A stretch of 64,000 bases of DNA from Octopus sinensis (Eukaryota): the NCBI RefSeq assembly GCF_006345805.1, contig NC_043005.1:76074001-76138000 (forward strand), given 5' to 3'. Position 1 is the first letter of the stretch, and every line of letters starts with the position of its first letter. This document shows, piece after piece, positions 58,623 to 64,000 of this stretch. Both the position numbers and the translations under genes were made by a program. Below the pieces are notes generated by a model, which did not search any database, was not told the origin of the DNA, and was given only the letters and a program-made list of their open reading frames with translations.

Positions 58623-59215
58623 AAGCCGAAAATCTAGTGTAACAGTTACTGTTTTATTAAAAGTGCTGCTTCATTTTTGCCTACTTGTAACTGCCGCTGA
58701 TGATTATTACAACAATTGTATCCGCCTACATGAGTAGTTTCACTCCGTCCCTCCCTCATTCCTTATGACGTAGGTGAATGCTGGTTAACCTACCTAACAA
58801 CTATCTTGTTCAGTACAGTTGTTAATACAAGTACACACTATATTAGGTTATTCTGTCGAAAACTGTGTTTGCTACTGTTAAACTAACTATTTAACTAATA
58901 TAATCACATGTTGTCTCTTGTTAACTACGATGTTGTTTAATTAACTACTTGTCAGAGCTTTCAAATTCGTTGTTTATTTGTTTAGGACTTCAATATTTGC
59001 TTCGAGATTTAAAGTGTGATATGGTCGTTATGTCTCGTACATCGAGCTAATTACATCCCTTGTTCATAATGCGGTAGTAACGGTTAAGTTTTAACAGGTA
59101 ATATAAAATGATGCGTGTGTGTTAGGGTGAGTATGTTTGTGTGTATGAGTATATTTGAACGTTGCTGTGTATCCCGTGTATACATATATGTATACAACAA
59201 AGCGCGCGCAAACAC

Positions 59216-59247
<32 letters not shown>

Positions 59248-59349
59248 CTGTCTGTCTCTCTCTATGTTCACATCTCTATATATGCGTATATTATGCACGC
59301 ACATTTATTTATTTATGTGTGTATATATGTGTGTACTTTTTTATTTAAT

Positions 59350-59350
<1 letters not shown>

Positions 59351-59416
<66 letters not shown>

Positions 59417-59468
59417 GTCTATCTATCTATCTATCTATCTATAAATCTATCTTACATACACACACACG

Positions 59469-59504
<36 letters not shown>

Positions 59505-59560
59505 ATATATATAATATATATATATATATAATATATATATATATATATAATATATATATA
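59351..59560. repeat. (TATC)n and (AT)n microsatellites
   Basis: Direct reading. Confidence 0.95.
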
Positions 59561-59564
59561 TTGT

Positions 59565-59926
59565 TCTTTTGCTTGCTTCAGTCATTTTGACTTTGACCAC
59601 GCTGGAGCACCGCTTTTTAGTCGAAGAAATCGACCCCTAGACTTATTCTTTGTAAGCGTGGTTCTTATTCTATCGTCTCTATTGCTGGACCTCTAAGTTA
59701 CAGGGACGTAAACACACCAATATCAGTTGTCAAGTGATGGTGGCAGTGGGGGTGGGTACAAACAGACACAAACACACAAAAATATACATACGACGACGCG
59801 CTTCTTTCAGTTTCCGTCTACCAAATCCACTCACAAGGCTTTGGTTGGCTCGAGGCTATAGTAGAAGACACTTGCCCAAACCATGTGATTAGGAAGCAAG
59901 CTTCTTATTACACAGCCACGCCTGTG

Positions 59927-59928
<2 letters not shown>
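59565..59928 (-). mobile_element. SINE family A
   Basis: Family head, core and tail. Confidence 0.82.
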
Positions 59929-59980
<52 letters not shown>

Positions 59981-59988
59981 GTGTGTGT

Positions 59989-60036
<48 letters not shown>

Positions 60037-60058
60037 CATCTCTGTCTATCTATCTGTA

Positions 60059-60137
<79 letters not shown>

Positions 60138-60272
60138 GTATGTATCTATATTTCTTTCTTTCTTTGTATGTATCTATCTATCTTTGTATGTATGTATGTA
60201 TGTATGTATGTATGTATGTATGTATGTATGTATGTATGTATGTATGTATGTGTGTATGTATGTATGTATGTG
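59929..60272. repeat. (AT)n/(GT)n/(TATC)n/(TATG)n compound microsatellite
   Basis: Direct reading. Confidence 0.95.
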
Positions 60273-60946
60273 TAACCATTACTTCCCAGCAAAGAAAAGT
60301 TCTTTAACTTCAGATCTGCCCTGCCCTACTCAAACAGACTAAGGACTAAAGTTGCCCTAGCTGAGACCACCCGCTTGATGTTTAGAACTACCTTAATAAA
60401 TGTATCTCATTCAATTCTTCTAGTGATTTAAGGGCGATCAACCTTGGTTGATTCATTAACAATTAATGATAAATGGCAGACTAGAATCCTGGAATTGCGT
60501 TTCCTTCCCACGGAAAGATTCAGGCTAATCGTTGTAATTTGTTAATCGGAATATGATTTGAGAGGGATGTAGCTTCTTTTCATGACCGTGGGAGTGAACA
60601 CGTCCACTGTTGATATTACTGTAAGTTAGCGAACATTCTTTTATTTCACATCCCGGTCAACAAAGCATCTTTTCTGCACTTTCCGCCAGAACAGAGGGGT
60701 CCTTAATTTTGAGTTCAATTTAAACTAATATTCTTTATTAATGTTCTGTAGAAAGTGAATGAACAACACAATCTCAGTAATATCTGAAGCGTTAGATCAA
60801 TGTAAAACGAAATCTGTTAGAAATAAGTTTTGGTGCGTTTTCATATGGTGCCTAAAAGAAGCTGGAATAAAGAAAGCCTTTCATATTTGAAGCTGACCAG
60901 AAATGCCTTAGGGGAGCGTAACGGTAAGGTTTCAAATTATATAGGC

Positions 60947-61016
<70 letters not shown>

Positions 61017-61027
61017 TCTCTCTCTCT
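60947..61027. repeat. (CT)n microsatellite
   Basis: Direct reading. Confidence 0.95.
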
Positions 61028-61220
61028 TAACCCCCCACATATTAATAACTGTTTCATTCAGCTCCACATGACTTTCGTGGGTGCAATAGGATTCTATATC
61101 TGATGAGATGGATTTAACGTGATCACAAACTTTAGCTTTTAAATAGCTAAGTCAGACTGTTAAAAAAAAAAGAAGCATATATGTAATATGTGAAAGTCAA
61201 AATCTGTTGTGTGCCACTTT

Positions 61221-61269
<49 letters not shown>

Positions 61270-61348
61270 CGCCATGATAGATCGCCATGACAGATCGTTA
61301 GCCACTATACACACATTTTTCTCTCTCTTGTTTTTTTTTTCTGTGTCC

Positions 61349-61384
61349 CTTTCTGTAGAAGAGCGTAGGCCCGAAACGTAAAAG
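61349..61384 (+). ncRNA. Hammerhead-like motif with variant core CUGUAGA
   Basis: CTTT CTGTAGA A GAGC-GTAG-GCCC GAAAC GTA AAAG, inside a ~210-bp island between (AT)n tracts. Confidence 0.42.
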
Positions 61385-61913
61385 ACTTTTTCTATTCCTG
61401 AGCGTTATACTAATACATATGCTTGTTTTGTACGCCACCTGTCTTCGTCTTTTGTTTTTCTCATAACCTCTCCCTATATATAATATTTATATATTAAATA
61501 CATATATATATATATATATATATATATCTACCTACCTTAGACTATCTATGTAATTAGTACGCAGAGGCTCCATCGAGTGAATGGACTAAATAGAGTTACC
61601 TCCCTTGATTTCTTTTTTTTCTTTCAATTCTATCTAGAGGGAAATTTTGTTTGTTGATTGCATGAATAATCTCTGTTAAACGAAGCTTTCATATTTCAAA
61701 CGAAGCATGCTCTCGACTCTGCAGTGTGTGTATTTAGTTCGCAGAACATTCTTTTATAGGTCTTTTGTTTCCCCTCTCAGATATATTGTTGATATGCTTA
61801 ATCAGGCGTCCACAGTCTTCCCGCCGTTTCGCTCTCTCTTGCTTTCTCTTGCTCTCTCTCTCTTGCTCTCTCTCCCCTCTCTCTCATCTGTCTCTCTTTC
61901 TATATATATTTAT

Positions 61914-62080
61914 GTAGGAGTGGCTGTGTGGTAAGTAGCTTGCTTACCAACCACATGGTTCCGTGTTCAGTCCCACTGCGTGGCACGTTGGGCAAGTGTC
62001 TTTTACTATAGCCTCGGGCCGACCAAAGCTTTGTGAGTGGATTTGGTAGACAGAAACTGAAAGAAGTCCGTTGTATATAT
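61914..62080 (+). mobile_element. SINE family A 5' part (3' part probably ~63170-63288)
   Basis: GTAGGAGTGGCTGTGTGGTAAGTAGC head; tail fragment after the AT tracts. Confidence 0.82.
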
Positions 62081-62221
62081 GTGTATATATATATATATAT
62101 GTATGTATGTATATGTATATATATATATATATATATACTATATATATATAATATATAATATATATATATATATAGCTATATATAATATAATATATATATA
62201 TGTATATGTATATATATAATA

Positions 62222-62578
62222 TACGATTTAGATTCCTAACTACTCCCACATTTTGCGGTGCTGTTTAACCAAAACCGGGTATCTTATAGTCGTGATTCAT
62301 ATCGAGCCCTTCTGGGTATTAGCGCGCGTCTACGATGAGTCTACGATTTAAAAAAAAAATTACCATCAATTTTTCCCATTTTTAATACATTTTTGGCATA
62401 TATAAGTGAAGTAACTCTCTAAAAATTTATTATTAAATCTCAGAACGTAAAAAGCTACAGTAACACCCCGCCCTTTGTGGTTAGCCATATTGAGATGGCT
62501 ATTATACTTTACATCTCTAAAAATGCTTATATAGTTATTTCCCTTACAAATCCGAGCAACGCCAGGCGATACTGCTAG
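62222..62578 (+). mobile_element. Helitron (5'-eroded), same family as 48453-48960
   Basis: Ends CCGAGCAACGCCAGGCGATACTGCTAG|T; 5' part matches the reverse complement of ~48750-48917. Confidence 0.85.
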
Positions 62579-62756
62579 TATATATATATATATATATATA
62601 CACAAAGAGCAATAAAGATTCAAGTTAATTTAAAAAATTACTTGAATATGGTACCTAACTTAGATGCACCAAAAAAAAACTATACTGATTTAACAATACG
62701 TAATGTGGGGTGATTATAGCGAGAAGAAGCAACATTCTTGTGCTTCTTTCTCGCGT

Positions 62757-62837
62757 ATATATATATATATATATATTATATATAGATATATATATCATAT
62801 ATATATAATATATATTATATACACATATACTGCTAGT

Positions 62838-62882
<45 letters not shown>

Positions 62883-63128
62883 ACACACATATATATATAC
62901 ACACACACATATATATGATATACTATATACACACACACACATATATATCTTATATATATTATATATACACCCATATATATATTATACACACAATATATAT
63001 ACATACTATAATCTATATATTATATATATATATATATATATACATACATATATATATACATATATATATACATATATATATATAGATATATACATATATA
63101 CATATATATATACATAATATATACAGAT

Positions 63129-63168
<40 letters not shown>

Positions 63169-63299
63169 TTGTGTATCTTTCCCCCAACATTGCTTGACAA
63201 CCGATGGGTGTGTTTACGTCCCCGTAACTTAGCGGTTCGGCAAAAAAGACCGATAGAAAAAGTACTAGACTTCCAAAGAATAAGTCCTGTATATATAAG

Positions 63300-63351
<52 letters not shown>

Positions 63352-63373
63352 TTTACTAGCCACAACGGGTATA

Positions 63374-63420
<47 letters not shown>
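62757..63420. repeat. (AT)n-rich low-complexity tract
   Basis: Direct reading. Confidence 0.95.
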
Positions 63421-63421
<1 letters not shown>

Positions 63422-63850
63422 GTACTATACGTACACACACACGCACACACTTATTAAAGCTGCAAAATCTTCACAAATTGTAACTCAGCGTTTCACTTTC
63501 CCGATGGTCGGTCTCATTGCTTGGACAAGTGACTTTTACGTGAGCCTCTGGCTATACACAAAGACTTAACTTGTTACAAGCAAGCTAACGTAGTAAACTG
63601 AATGCCAACCGTTTCATGTAATAACATGGTAAAATGAATGCTAACACATTCAGAAATAAAACATGACCGTGGAACTGATGAGGTTGCTACGTTGAATTCA
63701 ATTAATTCTTCCAAGGAAAAAAATATTAGATACCTACAATCGACAAACATAATATGCAGAGAGTGTTCATTCATATTTAATGCTATTTGGCCCATCTATA
63801 TATGATTTAACGTCACAGCTATTCGATATAAGTGAATTGAATGTGCGTTA

Positions 63851-64000
63851 TCTCTCTATGTATAAACGGCAAAATGTCTGTCTGTGTGTGTGTCCTTTAT
63901 ACAAATCCACAATTTTTCAGTCAGAGGGCTCACACTTTCTATGGTCATTCAAAATCGTCAAGGGTGTTTGTGCACATCTTTACATTTCACCAGTCACCCC
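63851..64000 (+). mobile_element. Helitron 5' end (runs off the window)
   Basis: A|TCTCTCTATGTATAAACGGCAAAATGTCTGTCTGTG resembles the 5' end of 14664-15049. Confidence 0.65.

Noticed and set aside
59115-63483. Many YIYI, LSIY and VCMY ORFs
   Set aside because: Translations of (AT)n, (TATC)n and (TATG)n repeats.

Overview
AT-rich, repeat-dense eukaryotic DNA. The SINE and microsatellite landscape looks cephalopod (Octopus-like); that is my inference, not a search result. I find no credible host protein-coding gene. The main feature is a single-isoacceptor tRNA cluster. It has 31 full-length 72-nt tRNA-Glu(TTC) genes between 757 and 58622 (23 identical to consensus by my reading), one degenerate CTC-anticodon copy and several decayed pseudogenes. 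The cluster was amplified by nested segmental duplications: a ~7.9-kb period in 1-16.4 kb with head-to-head gene pairs ~183 bp apart, an ~8-12.5-kb duplication in 24-44.6 kb, and a 1.31-kb tandem at 49-51.7 kb. Between the genes lie dead mariner, Tx1/L1-like, RTE-like and Penelope-like (PLE) elements, Helitrons, MITEs, a probable LTR and many tRNA-derived SINEs. The most unusual element joins a tRNA-like Pol III head, an (AAT)n tract, a minimal hammerhead ribozyme and a tail that elsewhere in the window runs in frame into a Penelope ORF N-terminus. It is a candidate PLE-mobilised SINE/retrozyme. All coordinates were read by eye; transposon boundaries are approximate.
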